This document shows, piece after piece, positions 1-12,172 of a stretch of DNA of 64,000 nucleotides (positions are counted from its first letter, which is position 1; each line of letters starts with the position of its first letter). Origin of the DNA: Octopus sinensis (Eukaryota); the NCBI RefSeq assembly GCF_006345805.1, contig NC_043003.1:95480001-95544000 (forward strand). The letters are read 5' to 3'. Below the pieces are notes generated by a model. That model ran no database searches. It saw nothing but the letters and a program-made list of their open reading frames with translations, and had not been told where the DNA came from. A program made the position numbers and the translations under genes.

Positions 1-32
1 CTATGAAACAAATAAGGAAGATAATGATACAG
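1..32 (+). CDS. PUM3: PUM3/Puf-A-like, 3' end of penultimate coding exon (partial)
   Basis: The frame TAT GAA ACA AAT AAG GAA GAT AAT GAT ACA G is followed by donor GTTTGT at 33. Its phase 1 matches the acceptor at 451-452. Confidence 0.6.
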
Positions 33-452
33 GTTTGTATGGGTTCTATTTTTGTTTGTTTTCTGGGGGTTTCTTTCTTTCATTTAGTGAAGAATTGTTA
101 CAAGTTTATTTCAGTGCTTGGTTGATTATTTCCTAGTATATATATTATCTGTAAGGGCAGTGACAAACTTAATACCTTGCTGTCTTTCGTTATGACACTT
201 TTCCTTAGTTAAAATTGCTACAAGGTCATCTTTACTTTTCCTACATAAAACAAATAGCAGATAAGAACTGGAGTTTCATTTTATAGATTGTATCCACCAC
301 TCTAGATGTATAAACCTTGTACTAGTGTAAGAAATACTGGGTCTTCGACGTTACTTTCTCCACATTCTTGAGACAAAAGTAAATTCAGTATTGACTTGAT
401 AGAGATTGGTTTGAATTCCAAGCGTATAAATTATATCTATATTTCATTGCAG

Positions 453-682
453 TGTATTTTTCCCTGGTCTTACTGAACACTGTTCCTGAGAGTGTATTGA
501 AATCTTGGGCTGCTTGTAACCGAGGATGCTTTATTTTGTTGGCAATGTTGGAGACTAACCACCCTGAAGTGTCTGCAATGTTATTACCAATTCTGAAGAC
601 TATGACAAAATCTCTGAAGATGTTGAAATTCAAAGGGGCTCAGTTGCTGTATGACTTTGTTTTGTATAATACAAAAGACTAA
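453..682 (+). CDS. PUM3: PUM3/Puf-A (KIAA0020)-like terminal coding exon
   Basis: Acceptor ttcattgcAG at 451-452. The peptide ...LKSWAACNRGCFILLAML...KGAQLLYDFV* resembles the recalled PUM3 C-terminus (LKSWASVNRGAIILSSLL...KGIEILLEKL). Confidence 0.8.
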
Positions 683-753
683 GTGTGTCTTGTAAGCTGA
701 GAGAGAATTCGAATGGATGTGCACAGTGACAGAACAAGGAATAGTATATGAGA

Positions 754-759
754 AATAAA
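754..759 (+). promoter_or_regulatory. Candidate polyadenylation signal of the PUM3-like gene
   Basis: AATAAA about 70 nt after the stop codon, followed by a GT/T-rich tract at about 777-797. Confidence 0.5.
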
Positions 760-860
760 CATCATATCAAAATGTATTGTGTTGTTTGTTTGTTTTTAAG
801 ACTGTGAAGTTGCATCATATATAGAGTGCTATATATAGTACACTATATATATATATATAT

Positions 861-1070
861 AAGGAAAATATGCACACTTACATAGTTTTAATATATCGAC
901 CAGTTTCGCTATCGCTATTCATGATATTATGTGAATTTCATCACACACAACATGGACCAAATTTCTTCTTAAGAAAAAATATATATTCAAATAAATAAAA
1001 GATAATATCATGAATAGCGATAGCGAAATTGGTCGATATATTAAAACTAAGTAAGGGTGCGTATTTTCCT
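861..1070. repeat. Inverted repeat (arms ~861-930 and ~1002-1070), probably a Penelope-like terminus, with a minimal hammerhead motif in each arm
   Basis: The arms are near-perfect reverse complements. Each reads ATATC-ATGAATA-GCgataGC-GAAA-(C/T)TG-GTC-GATAT. Confidence 0.7.
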
Positions 1071-1224
1071 TTCTTAATTTCTTATATACATTACAACTCA
1101 CCACGTGGGGATAATCGAAATTCCTCTTTTCTGTTACTACTATTATATATATTATATATATTTCTGTTGAAATATACTGCCTTTAAATTAATTTTCAAAA
1201 TAATGAATTTATTAAAATAACTTT

Positions 1225-1627
1225 CCGAGCGTGGTTGTCTGCTAGCCTTGTCTGGCACCTGTGTCGGTGGCACATAAAAACACCATCCGAGCGTGGCCGT
1301 TCGCCAGCCTCGTCTGGCACCTGTGTCGGTGGCACATAAAAACACCATCCGAGCGTGGTCGTCTGGCACCTGTGTCGGTGGCACATAAAAAACACCATCC
1401 GAGCGTGGTCGTCTGCCAGCCTTGTCTGGCACCTGTGTCGGTGGCACATAAAATCACCCACTACACTCTCGGAGTGGTTGGCGTTAGGAAGGGCATCCAG
1501 CTGTAGAAACACTGCCAGATCTGACTGGCCTAGTGCAGCCTTCGGGCTCCCCAGACACCAGTTGAACCGTCCAACCCATGCTAGCATGGAAGGCGGACGT
1601 TAAATGATGATGATGATGATGATGATG
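1225..1627 (+). mobile_element. 5'-truncated RTE 3'UTR insertion with ~64-bp internal tandem subrepeats and an (ATG)n tail
   Basis: Matches the 3'UTR of the RTE at 7790-8035. Flanked by AACTTT on both sides (1219-1224 and 1628-1633), a putative TSD. Confidence 0.85.
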
Positions 1628-1804
1628 AACTTTGTCATTGTTAAGCTGGTGTTTGCATGAAATTTTAATGTTAAGATATTTAGATCATTTCAACGTGGGG
1701 AACTTTGAATCAGCATTTACGATGTTCTCAGGCAAATGACTATCAAAAAAGGCTAAGCAAATTCTCGTATTTTTTGTTCTTTTAAAATAGTTCTTTATTT
1801 TTTA

Positions 1805-2336
1805 ACTTGTTTCAGTCATTTGACTGCGACAATGCTAGAGCACCACCTATAGTCGAACAAATCGACCCCAGGACTTATTCTTTGTAAGCCTAGTAATTAT
1901 TCTCTTGGTCTCTTTTTGCCAAACCGTTAAGTTACGGGGACATAAGCACAAACATCAGTTGTCAAGCAATGATAGAGGGACAAACACAGACGCACAAATA
2001 TGTATATATATACACGACGAGCTTCTTTCAGTTTCTGTCTACCAAATCCATTCACAAGGCTATAGTAGATGATGCGAGCTGGCAGAAACGTTAGCGCGTT
2101 GGGCGAAATGCTTAGCGGTATTTCGTCTGTTGTTACGTTCTGAGTTCAAATTCCACCGAGGTCGACTTTGCCTTTCATCCTTTTGGGATCGATGTAATTG
2201 ACTTAATCCCTTTGTTTGTCCCCTCCATGTTTAGCCCCTTGTGGGTAGTAAAGAAATATATAGTAGAAGATGCCAGTGGGACTGAACCCAGAATCATGTG
2301 GTTGGGAAGCAAGTTTCTTACTACACAGCCACACCT
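1805..2336 (-). mobile_element. CORE-like tRNA SINE interrupted by a Meta-like SINE (~2074-2258, + strand)
   Basis: Homologous to the intact copy at 13481-13894. The insert matches the family at 32847-33076. Confidence 0.75.
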
Positions 2337-3000
2337 AAGCTTTTTGGTTTCATTAATTTAAAGCAGTTGGTTCTCGTGTATTTACATATATATTTCTCTA
2401 GATTAGGCACAAAGATCATTCATGTATATTTAGAAAGTTGGAAACCTGATTACATTCACATTTTGATTGAAGGTATAGATAGACACAAATGGTTCCAAAC
2501 AAGGAATTTTCATCACTTTTAAGGGTCAATTTTGCTGTTAGGTAGTACGCTTAATTCATAACCCAGTTTTAAGTTTGGTCATCTTTAGTGGTTGAATGAT
2601 AAATATCTCACCCTGAAAAAATTGTGGGTTTGGCCTTTCTTTCTAAGACTTAAAAGAAAAATAGATGCATCCATCAGATATATCAATTTTTTGTTGCCTA
2701 AGCATACAAAAACTGAAGAGATAAAAATAAAGATTGAAAATCAAAGAATTCTGTGCTTGGGTGGAAATGAAGTGATGGGGTGGAACTTTTATTCTATTCT
2801 ATCTTTCATTCACCCTCTGCATGGATTATGAAATTGCAACAGGTGAATGTATTGTGGTACTGGTTTCTATGGTGGCATCATGAGCTGATTCTCATTTCCC
2901 CAAATACAAACTACCAATCACTATTTCTCTTGCATAATCCAGAGGGGATCACAAACAATACTGATTTTCTGATACCCTGTTTATCACCAATACTCACCTC

Positions 3001-4103
3001 GCTTATTGTCACGTGTCCCTTGACCTCTCTCTCTAACTAACCGTATCTCTCTCTCGCTATGTCCCCCCTTCCCATAACCATCATCGCCATGGTCCTCTAT
3101 GCCCCCCCCTCCCCAAAACCATCATCGCCATACATAAAAGAGCCATCGCATTTATCGTTAACCCCACTCGCTTCAAAATATCTAAAGAATACGCACAGAT
3201 CATGAATGGCTAAAAGTTAAGTGAATCGTCCAACCTCGCTACGACTACCTTCTTTCTTGCACTTATCCTTATTCTTTCTCTATTCTTCAATTTCCATCTC
3301 ATTGTATTGTCACTCATTCTTTCAGTATTCCCTCATTACCCTGTCTAGCTCAAACATTTTTTTCGTTTAGACTTGTCTCCAGGTTCATAGCCACTCTGAT
3401 TTTTCAATTTTTCAATTTTTCGTTTAGTATTGTCTCCCGATTCATACAAACCCATTTGCTAGCTCACGATTAACAGAACCTCTTTACTCAGCTACGGTGT
3501 TATATTAGCTATCAATAATGATATTCCCTCTGATTTTTCTGATTTTCAAACCTATTTATCTAATGTTTATTTATCGACAATGCCGTCCCCAGTCAAATTC
3601 CCTCACACCGCTTATTGTCACGTGTCCCTTGACCTCTCTCTCTAACTAACCGTATCTCTCTCTCGCTATGTCCCCCCTCCCTAACCATCATCGCCACGGT
3701 CCTCTATGCCCCCCCTCCCCAAAACCATCATCGCCATACAAAAAGAGCCATCGCATTTATCGTTAACCCCACTCGCTTCAAAATATCTAAGAATACGCAC
3801 AGATCATGAATGGCTAAAAGTTAAGTGAATCGTCCAACCTCGCTACGACTACCTTCTTTCTTGCACTTATCCTTATTCTTTCTCTATTCTTCAATTTCCA
3901 TCTCATTGTATTGTCACTCATTCTTTCAGTATTCCCTCATTACCCTGTCTAGCTCAAACATTTTTTTCGTTTAGACTTGTCTCCAGGTTCATAGCCACTC
4001 TGATTTTTCAATTTTTCAATTTTTCGTTTAGTATTGTCTCCCGATTCATACAAACCCATTTGCTAGCTCACGATTAACAGAACCTCTTTACTCAGCTACG
4101 GTG
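3001..4103. repeat. Direct duplication of a ~500-bp block (3001-3499 and 3610-4103)
   Basis: Both copies start gcttattgtcacgtgtcc and end ctcagctacggtg, differing by only a few substitutions and indels. Confidence 0.95.
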
Positions 4104-7100
4104 CACCCGCCCTCCCACCCCCACCACGCATGCCGGAAGTTCCTATTCTCTTCCATTCCGGGGTTGCTTCCCATGAAGACTGCATATGCTCTCACCATCC
4201 ATACCCCTCCCTACCCCTAGTCTCGACCTATGTAAGGTAATGTTCATACAGTGCAAAATATGAAAGGCTAGCGTTATGCAGGTTGTACTGAAGGCTACTT
4301 TACTACTTCATTTCTTGCACATGAATTCTGCCAAATGCGAGCTTTCTTTTCAGGTACACGAAGCTACTGTCCACCGTCCAGGGTCTCTAGAGCCCATGCC
4401 TTCCACACCCTCAGGGTTGGCACCCTCAACGTTGGCACTCTGAAAGGTAGGTCTGGTGAGATAGTCGAGATGCTTGAACGGAGATGTGTGGATATATGTT
4501 GCATGCAAGAAATAAGGTGGAGAGGAGGATCAGCTAGGTTTCTCACAGGCAAGGAACGCAGGTACAAGATTTTCTGGGCAGGGAACACTGACGGGGTGGG
4601 TGCGTGGGTATACTTATCGCTGAGAAATGGGTAGATAAAGTAATTGAGGTAATCAGAGTAAGTGACAGAATACTTAAGATTAGATTAGTGCTTCATCATA
4701 GTTTAGCAACCATTATATCAGCCTATGCTCCTCAGTCGGGGCTACCCGATGGACAGAAAGACCGATTCTATGACACTCTACTGCAGACTACCTCATTGAC
4801 GAACGACAGAGACCTTATCTTTGTGGCTGGTGACTTCAATGGTCACGTTGGACGACATGCTGGGGGCTTCCATGGCGTACATGGAGGCTATGGCTATGGC
4901 TCCCGCAACGAGGAGGGAACCAGGCTGCTGGAGTTCTGCGATGCAAATAATCTTATGATTTGCAACACTAACTTCAGGAGGAAACCTACCAGCACCTAGT
5001 CACTTACCAATCGGGCCAACATACCAGCCAAATTGACTACATCCTTACAAGGCAAAGGGAGAGATGGCTGCTTATAAATGCCAAAACCTTCCCAGGTGAA
5101 GAATGTACCCCACAACATAGACTGGTAGTTAGTGACTTTAGGATCAGGACTAGGAGGACAACCAGAAGACGACAAATATGGAGAAGAAGGATCTGGAAGC
5201 TTAAAGATCCTGCAAATGGACAGAGATTTAGGGACATATTACTTGAAGCCTCTGACAAAGTAGAAGGGGATAGAGCATCACAGGGGGTAGAAGACAGCTG
5301 GACGTTTCTAAGGGACAACCTGCTGAGAGCCACTGACCAGATCTGTGGCTGGTGCAAAGTCCCCTCTCGACCTAGAATAACGTGGTGGTGGAACAATATT
5401 GTAGACAGGGCTATTAGAGAAAAGAGACAGGCTTGGAAGGTCTGGAAAAATGGGGGTAGCAGGGAATTGTATCAGACTGCCAAAAGAGAAGCTAGGAGAC
5501 AGGTTTATTTAGCCAGAGGGGAAGCAGATAAGAAAAAATTTGCCAATGTTCTGCGCCGTGAGGACCAAAGACTGGAGGTGTTTCGTGTTGCAAGACAGTG
5601 TGTTGAGAGAGAATTGTGATGTGGTAGGAGAGAAGTGTGTTCGCATGGAAGATGGTTCACTTGCGCTAAATGAGGATGCGAAGAGAGAGGTTTGGAGATG
5701 CCACTATGAAAGGTTGCTGAATGAAGAAAATGAATGGATGATAAAGAGAGTCTGCCGAATGTTGACCCAACAGAGGGACCAGCTATCCGAGTTGATAGTT
5801 CTGTGGTAGCTAAGGCAATTAGAAGCATGAAGACAGGGAAAGCCCCAGGCCCATCAGGAATCACTGCAGAGATGCTCAAAATGTCTGGTAGTGTCGGCTA
5901 TAGCCTAGTCACCCATATAGTTAATCAGGTGATACACAAAGGGGTCATACCCAATGACTGGTGTAGCAGTATAATAGTCAACTGCTACAAAGGTAAAGGT
6001 GATGCCCTAGATACAAATAACTACAGAGGTATCAAGCTGTTGGACCAGGTGATGAAGGTTACGGAGAGGGTCATAGCCCAACTAATTAGAGAGAGAGTTA
6101 GTTTAGATGAGATGCAGTTTGGGTTTGTGCCAGGGAAAAGTACTACTGATGCTATATTCCTGGTAAGGCAGCTGCAGGAGAAATACCTAGCCAAAGATAA
6201 GCCCCTGTACCTGGCTTTTGTTGACATGGAGAAAGCCTTCGACAGGGTCCCCCGATCCCTTATCTGGTGGGCAATGAAAACTAGGGATAGATGAATGGTT
6301 AGTGAGAGCTGTGCGGGCCATGTATAGGGACGCCGCTAGTAGGGTGAGGGTTGGAAATGAGTACAGTGAAGATTCCGGGTAGAGGTAGGGGTCCACCAAG
6401 GCTCAGTACTCAGCCCCCTCCTATTTATCATAGTCCTCCAGGCAATAACGGAGGAATTCAAGACAGGATGCCCTTGGGAGCTCCTCTATGCTGATGACCT
6501 TGCTCTAATTGCTGAGTCGCTATCAGAACTGGAGGAGAAGTTTCAGGTGTGGAAACAAGGATTAGAATCGAAGGGCCTCAGAGTCAATCTAGCTAAAACC
6601 AAAGTCGTAATCAGTAGGAAGGTAGACAAATCACAAACACCTTCAGGTAGATGGCCCTGCTCGATCTGTAGAAAAGGTGTAGGTAGAAACTCTATAAGAT
6701 GCACCAAGTGTAAGCTATGGACACATAAGAGATGCAGCAATGTCAAAGGAAGGCTAACTAGGAAGATGGTTTTTGTATGTGGCAGATGCTCAGGAACAAT
6801 AAACACTGAAAATGCTCTGAGACCAACTTCCGTCACTTTCCAGGGAGAAAAACTAGAAATAGTTGATAGTTTCCGTTACCTAGGTGACCAAGTCAGCAGC
6901 GGGGGTGGGTGTGCTGAAAGTGTAACTGCTAGAGTAAGAATAGCTTGGGCAAAGTTCAGAGAGCTCTTACCTCTGCTGGTGACAAAAGGCAGACTGTATG
7001 ATGCGTGTGTACGAACAGCCATGCTACATGGCAGTGAAACATGGGCCGTGACTGCTGAGGATATGCGTAAGCTCGCTAGAAATGAAGCCAGTATGCTCCG

Positions 7101-8035
7101 ATGGATGTGTAATGCCGGTACTCACACTCGGCAGAGTGTAAGTACCTTGAGAGAAAAGCTGGACCTAAGAAGCATCAGTTGTGGTGTGCAAGAGAGACGT
7201 TTGCGCTGGTATGGTCATGTGGCGAGAATGGATGAAGATAGTTGTGTGAAAAAGTGCCACACCCTAGCGGTTGAGGGAACCTGTGGAAGAGGCAGACCCA
7301 GGAAAACCTGGGACGAGGTGGTGAAGCACGACCTTCGAACTTTAGGTCTCACTGAGGAAATGACTAGAGACCGAGACCTCTGGAAGTGTGCTGTGCGCGA
7401 GAAGACCCGGCAGGACAAGTGAGTCCACAACCCGTGGCCTTCTACATGGGATGGAGCCAGCCTACGTATGCATACCTTCCCTTCTTGGGACACAAAACTT
7501 ACTTGTGAAGACGTGTTGAGGCAAGTGAGGATCAGAATCGAAATCGATCAATGGAAATTGCGGATGTGCTACCAGTGCCGGTGGCATGTCGAAACTCTGC
7601 TTTTGTGAAGACCCATTGAGGCAAGTGAGGATCAGAATCGAAATCGATCAATGGAAATCGATCAATGGAAATTGCAGATGTGTTACCAGTGCCGTGGCAT
7701 GTAAGAGAACTTTCCGTTTCGCGACCGTTGCCAGCACCGCCCCGTTTCGTGTCCGTTGCCAGCCTCGCCTGGCCCTCGTGCCGGTGGCACATAAAAAGCA
7801 CCATCCGTTCGTGGCCGTTTGCCAGCTCTGTCTGGCACCAGTGCGGGTGGCACGTAAAAAGCACCCACTACACTCACGGAGTGGTTGGTGTTAGGAAGGG
7901 CATCCAGCCGTAGAAACACTGCCAGATTTGACTGGGCCTGATGAAGCCTTCTGGCTTCACAGACCCCAGTAGAACCGTCCAACCCATGCTAGCATGGAAA
8001 ACGGACGCTAAATGATGATGATGATGATGATGATG
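4104..8035 (+). mobile_element. RTE-clade LINE, near full length (AP endonuclease + reverse transcriptase, frameshifted) with 3'UTR and (ATG)n tail
   Basis: EN motifs GTLNVGTL, DICCMQE, AYAPQ, GDFNGHVG, SQIDYIL. RT motifs NYRGIKLL, QFGF, DMEKAFDRV, LLYADDL (6481-6501), FRYLG. C-terminal GRGRPRKTW. The 5' boundary is uncertain. Confidence 0.95.
4335..7422 (+). pseudogene. RTE EN-RT polyprotein ORF split by several 1-bp indels
   Basis: ORF-track fragments 4335-4634, 4604-4999, 5734-6294 and 6547-7422 are collinear with one EN-RT protein. Confidence 0.9.
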
Positions 8036-8252
8036 TAACAATTCCATATTATTATCATGCAATGAACAACCTAGACATTGCTACAGTCCTACAAAGGTCA
8101 CACAAGTAAACCCAGATGTACTTTCACATTTGACTACAAGCATACTACACCAGTTATATTCAGTAGCAAAGCTATTTGTTTACAGTCAGTGGACGCATGT
8201 AAAAGGAAGGAGGAAATATGAAATCACTCACACAAATAGACATACATGTATG

Positions 8253-8284
<32 letters not shown>

Positions 8285-8350
8285 CTGGAGTAAACACATA
8301 AATGTGAAACAAGGTGGAAAAAAGAGTACTCAAATACCAGGGGTAGAGTA

Positions 8351-8453
8351 ATATGCTTTATTTAAAAGCAGCAGAAATTCAACAAAACCTGTTAACGTGA
8401 AACTCCGAGTAACAGGTTTTGTTGAATTTCTGCTGCTTTTAAATAAAGTATAT
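8351..8453. repeat. Hairpin/inverted repeat with ~44-bp arms in a Penelope-like terminal fragment (~8285-8453)
   Basis: atatgctttatttaaaagcagcagaaattcaacaaaacctgtta and its reverse complement, separated by a 15-nt spacer acgtgaaactccgag. Confidence 0.75.
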
Positions 8454-8629
8454 CATCATCATCATTTAGCGTCCGTTTTCCATGCTAGCATGGGTTGGAC
8501 GGTTCAACTGGGGTCTGGGGAGCCCGAAGGCTGCACCAGGCCAGTCAGATCTGGCAGTGTTTCTACAGCTGGATGCCCTTCCTAACGCCAACCACTCCGA
8601 GAGTGTAGTAAAGTATATATATATATATA

Positions 8630-9290
8630 TCATTTAACATCTGTTTTCTATGCTGGCATGGTTTTGGACTGTTTAACAAGAGCAGGTAAGACAGAGAGTG
8701 GGGGATCACACCAGGCTCCATTATTCTGGCATAGTTTCTAAGGCTTGATACTCTTCCTAGAGTGTACTAGGTGCTTCTTATATGGCACCAGCAATAGTAT
8801 CAATTCTGGTGTGGTGGACAAGTCTTCTTGAGTACAGAAAGGTGCCAGGTATCTTGGTCCTTTCTCATCTTTGGAAGGCTCAGTGTCTTGAGATTGGCCT
8901 TTAGTCTTTCATCCCATGTCTCTCTCTTCCACAGGTTCCATCCACTTTAAGAAATTGGCACTTCTGTATGGAACTGTCTACATCTATATGCATCACATGA
9001 CCAAAACAGTGCAGTCCTCTCTCTCTTGCACACAGCTTCCAACTCCTTTTACTCCTAATTTGTCCATCAATGCACTAGCACTGTCTCACATGTACACTGA
9101 CATTGCACATCTTGCAGTACATACTAGTTTTATTCCTCTCTAATCTTTGCATGTCCTCTGCAATCTGTGCTCACATCTCACTACCATATATTGTTGTTCA
9201 TATACATGCATCATACAATCTTCCCTTCACTCAGGAAGAAACTTTTGGTTGTCAACAGATGTAGATGCTTTCTGAACTTTCTCCATCTTA
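8630..9290 (-). mobile_element. Decayed 3' portion of an RTE LINE
   Basis: The reverse strand resembles 6940-7420 (WAKFR..LPLL, ERRLRW.GHV, GTCGR) plus the 3'UTR, with many stops. Confidence 0.7.
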
Positions 9291-9302
9291 TTTTATATAT
9301 GT

Positions 9303-9549
9303 GTGCCGGTGGCACGTAAAAAGCACCATCCGATCGTGGCCGTTTGCCAGCCTCGTCTGGCACCTGTGCTGGTGGCACGTAAAAGCCACCCAACTACACT
9401 CATGAAGTGGTAGGCATTAGGAAGGGCATCCAGCCGTAGAAACATTGCCAGATCAGACTGGGCCTGGTGCAGCCTTCTGGTTTCCCAGACCCCAGTTGAA
9501 CCGTCCAACCCATGCCAACATGGAAAGCGGACGCTAAACGATGATGATG
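9303..9549 (+). mobile_element. RTE 3'UTR fragment
   Basis: Matches 7779-8035 and ends in an (ATG)n tail. Confidence 0.8.
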
Positions 9550-10209
9550 TGTGTATGTGCCAGCATGAAAAATGAGTGTTATACGATGATGAAATAAATA
9601 TCAAGCTTCTTCAGTTTCTGCTTACCAATTTCACTCAAAGTAATCGGTCAGCCCATGGATATAGTATATAACATTACTCAACAACATTCATGCAGTGGGC
9701 CAGAACCCCTTACCACATGGTTCTGAAGCAAACCATACAACCATGCCTGTGGCTAAAAATGTATTAATAATTGCAAAACAAGGATGAAATATGAAGCATG
9801 TATCTAATTCATTTGACTGCAATCCCTTTTGTATCAATCATACATAAACACAAAGGCACTTGAGGAAGGATAAAAACCAAATAAACACTTTTTTTTTTTT
9901 TTTGGTAAAATTGTGTATTTGGAAGAAATTGACAAGTTGATTTCCCAGATAGTGGAAGAATATTAGTACGATCCTGAACTCCCAATGATAGAATTTCAGT
10001 TGTGGCAACCTAGTTATAGTTGAAATACTGATAGTGACAGCAGGCAAAAATGGACAGAAAGTATTCAAGACCACTGGGGAAATATTCCAAACTTAAGAAG
10101 TTACCATAATTAATGATAACTATCAATAAAAGCTGTTTTATTATATATTTATCTTTTTCTCTTTTCTTTTTTTTTTTTCCTAAGTTTTAAGATAGGTTTG
10201 ACTTAGTTC

Positions 10210-10440
<231 letters not shown>

Positions 10441-11601
10441 TTAGAATATTATATCATATTAATTGTTTATATGAAAATGATAAAAATTCACATTTGGAAC
10501 TGCAATCCATTGTAACATTTAATACAAATCATTGAGAAAAAAAATAGCTTTGTGCTAAGATAGAGTCAAATCAATATCATGAATATAAAATAAAACTTAA
10601 TATAAGTGTATTATTGGTACTTATTAACATCTGAACGTAGAAGATGAAGACAACACCTAGCCATATTTGAACACAGAATTAAGAAAAATTTTGCCCAAGT
10701 TATACATATATAGACACATATACACACACATATATTTATATGTATCATCTGCTTTTCTATCTTGCATGTGTTAGATGAATATATCACTGAGGCATTACTT
10801 TACAGATGGCTACCCCCCTTGTTACTAACTCTTATCTATTTTTTCATGAGACCGACCATTTGATACTTCAAAGGTGTGAAGTAAGCAGATGGTTTGTCGA
10901 TAGAAGTGACAACACTATTAGCTTTCTGAGAGCACAAATGTACACATGCACACACACAGAGCAGATAAGGAAAAGAAAGTGACACTCAACACATTCGATT
11001 GGGGTTACATATATCATTTGATAACAGTTTGATTTAGCTTCAAGCAACTTGAAAGTTTTGTGGGCTCATTAAATGAACATAACACACCAGGCTCTGATTA
11101 GTTCAATTTGTTTGACAAATGCATAAATCTTTGGAAGATGAAGTCAACACCAGGCACGCATAAGTGGGCTGGTTACATCCCTGGCATAGGCCATGGGTTA
11201 TGGTCTCACTTGGCTTGCCGGGTCTTCTCAAGCACAGCATATTTCCAAAGGTCTCAGTCACTAGTCATTGCCTCGGTGAGGCCTAATGTTCAAGGCTTGT
11301 GCTTCACCAGAACATGAATATAATTATATACTACATTATGCAACTTGCAACTAATCAAGCTTACTAAATAAACAAGTGAGCAGTGACATGTTGATTAATC
11401 AACAGATCAACAATAAATGAAGTTTCTAATCAGAAGTACCAACATTTAAGAAACGTTAAGTGGGTAGGACTACAAACCGTTAATCAGGAAGGTGGATGAC
11501 TTTAATAATGAATAGTTAAAAAGAATTTCTATTCTAAAGATGTCATTAAACTTAGCCACCTGGCTCATCAAAGCTGGTACTGGCAAAACAGGTTTGTATA
11601 C

Positions 11602-11802
11602 TTATTTCTTTACTACCCACAAGGGGCTACACACAGAGGGGACAAACAAACAGACAAACGGATTAAGTCGATTACATCGACCCCAGCATGCAACTGGTAC
11701 TTAATTTATCGACCTCGGCAGATTTTGAACTCAGAACGTAACGGCAGACGAAATACGGCTACACATTTCGCCCGGCATCCTAACGTTTCTGCCAGCTCGC
11801 CT
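11602..11802 (-). mobile_element. Meta-like tRNA SINE with 11-bp TSD
   Basis: GGTTTGTATAC at 11591-11601 and 11803-11813. Head ggcgagctggcagaaacgttag. Confidence 0.85.
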
Positions 11803-11984
11803 GGTTTGTATACCAGTAGATAGCAGGCACCAAGGATGGCATCTGATCCTATCAAAACATATTTTAAGACAAATTACAACATTGTTCTAAATAAAAACAT
11901 TTGTATCGTTTAGTATATTAAGGAGTGACATGGTTAATAAATTCCAATCATTCCAAGTAAAAGAATATATATATATATTCACAA

Positions 11985-12172
11985 AAATGTGACCGCTTGT
12001 GTACCATTGGCGATTTTTTTTTTCCTCTGTCTTCCCTTCTCCTCTATGTTTCCGACGAAGAGCTCCGCTCGAAACGTTAAACCCTCCTTCTTTCCTGAGC
12101 GTCCAATAATACTATATTTGTTCCACGTCCTCGCGTTGTTGTGTTTTTTTGTGCTTTCTTGTTTGGATTAAC
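11985..12172 (+). mobile_element. Penelope-like terminal fragment with a minimal hammerhead motif (~12048-12082)
   Basis: GTTT-CCGACGA-A-GAGCtccGCTC-GAAA-CG-TT-AAAC, flanked by (TA)n. Confidence 0.6.
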
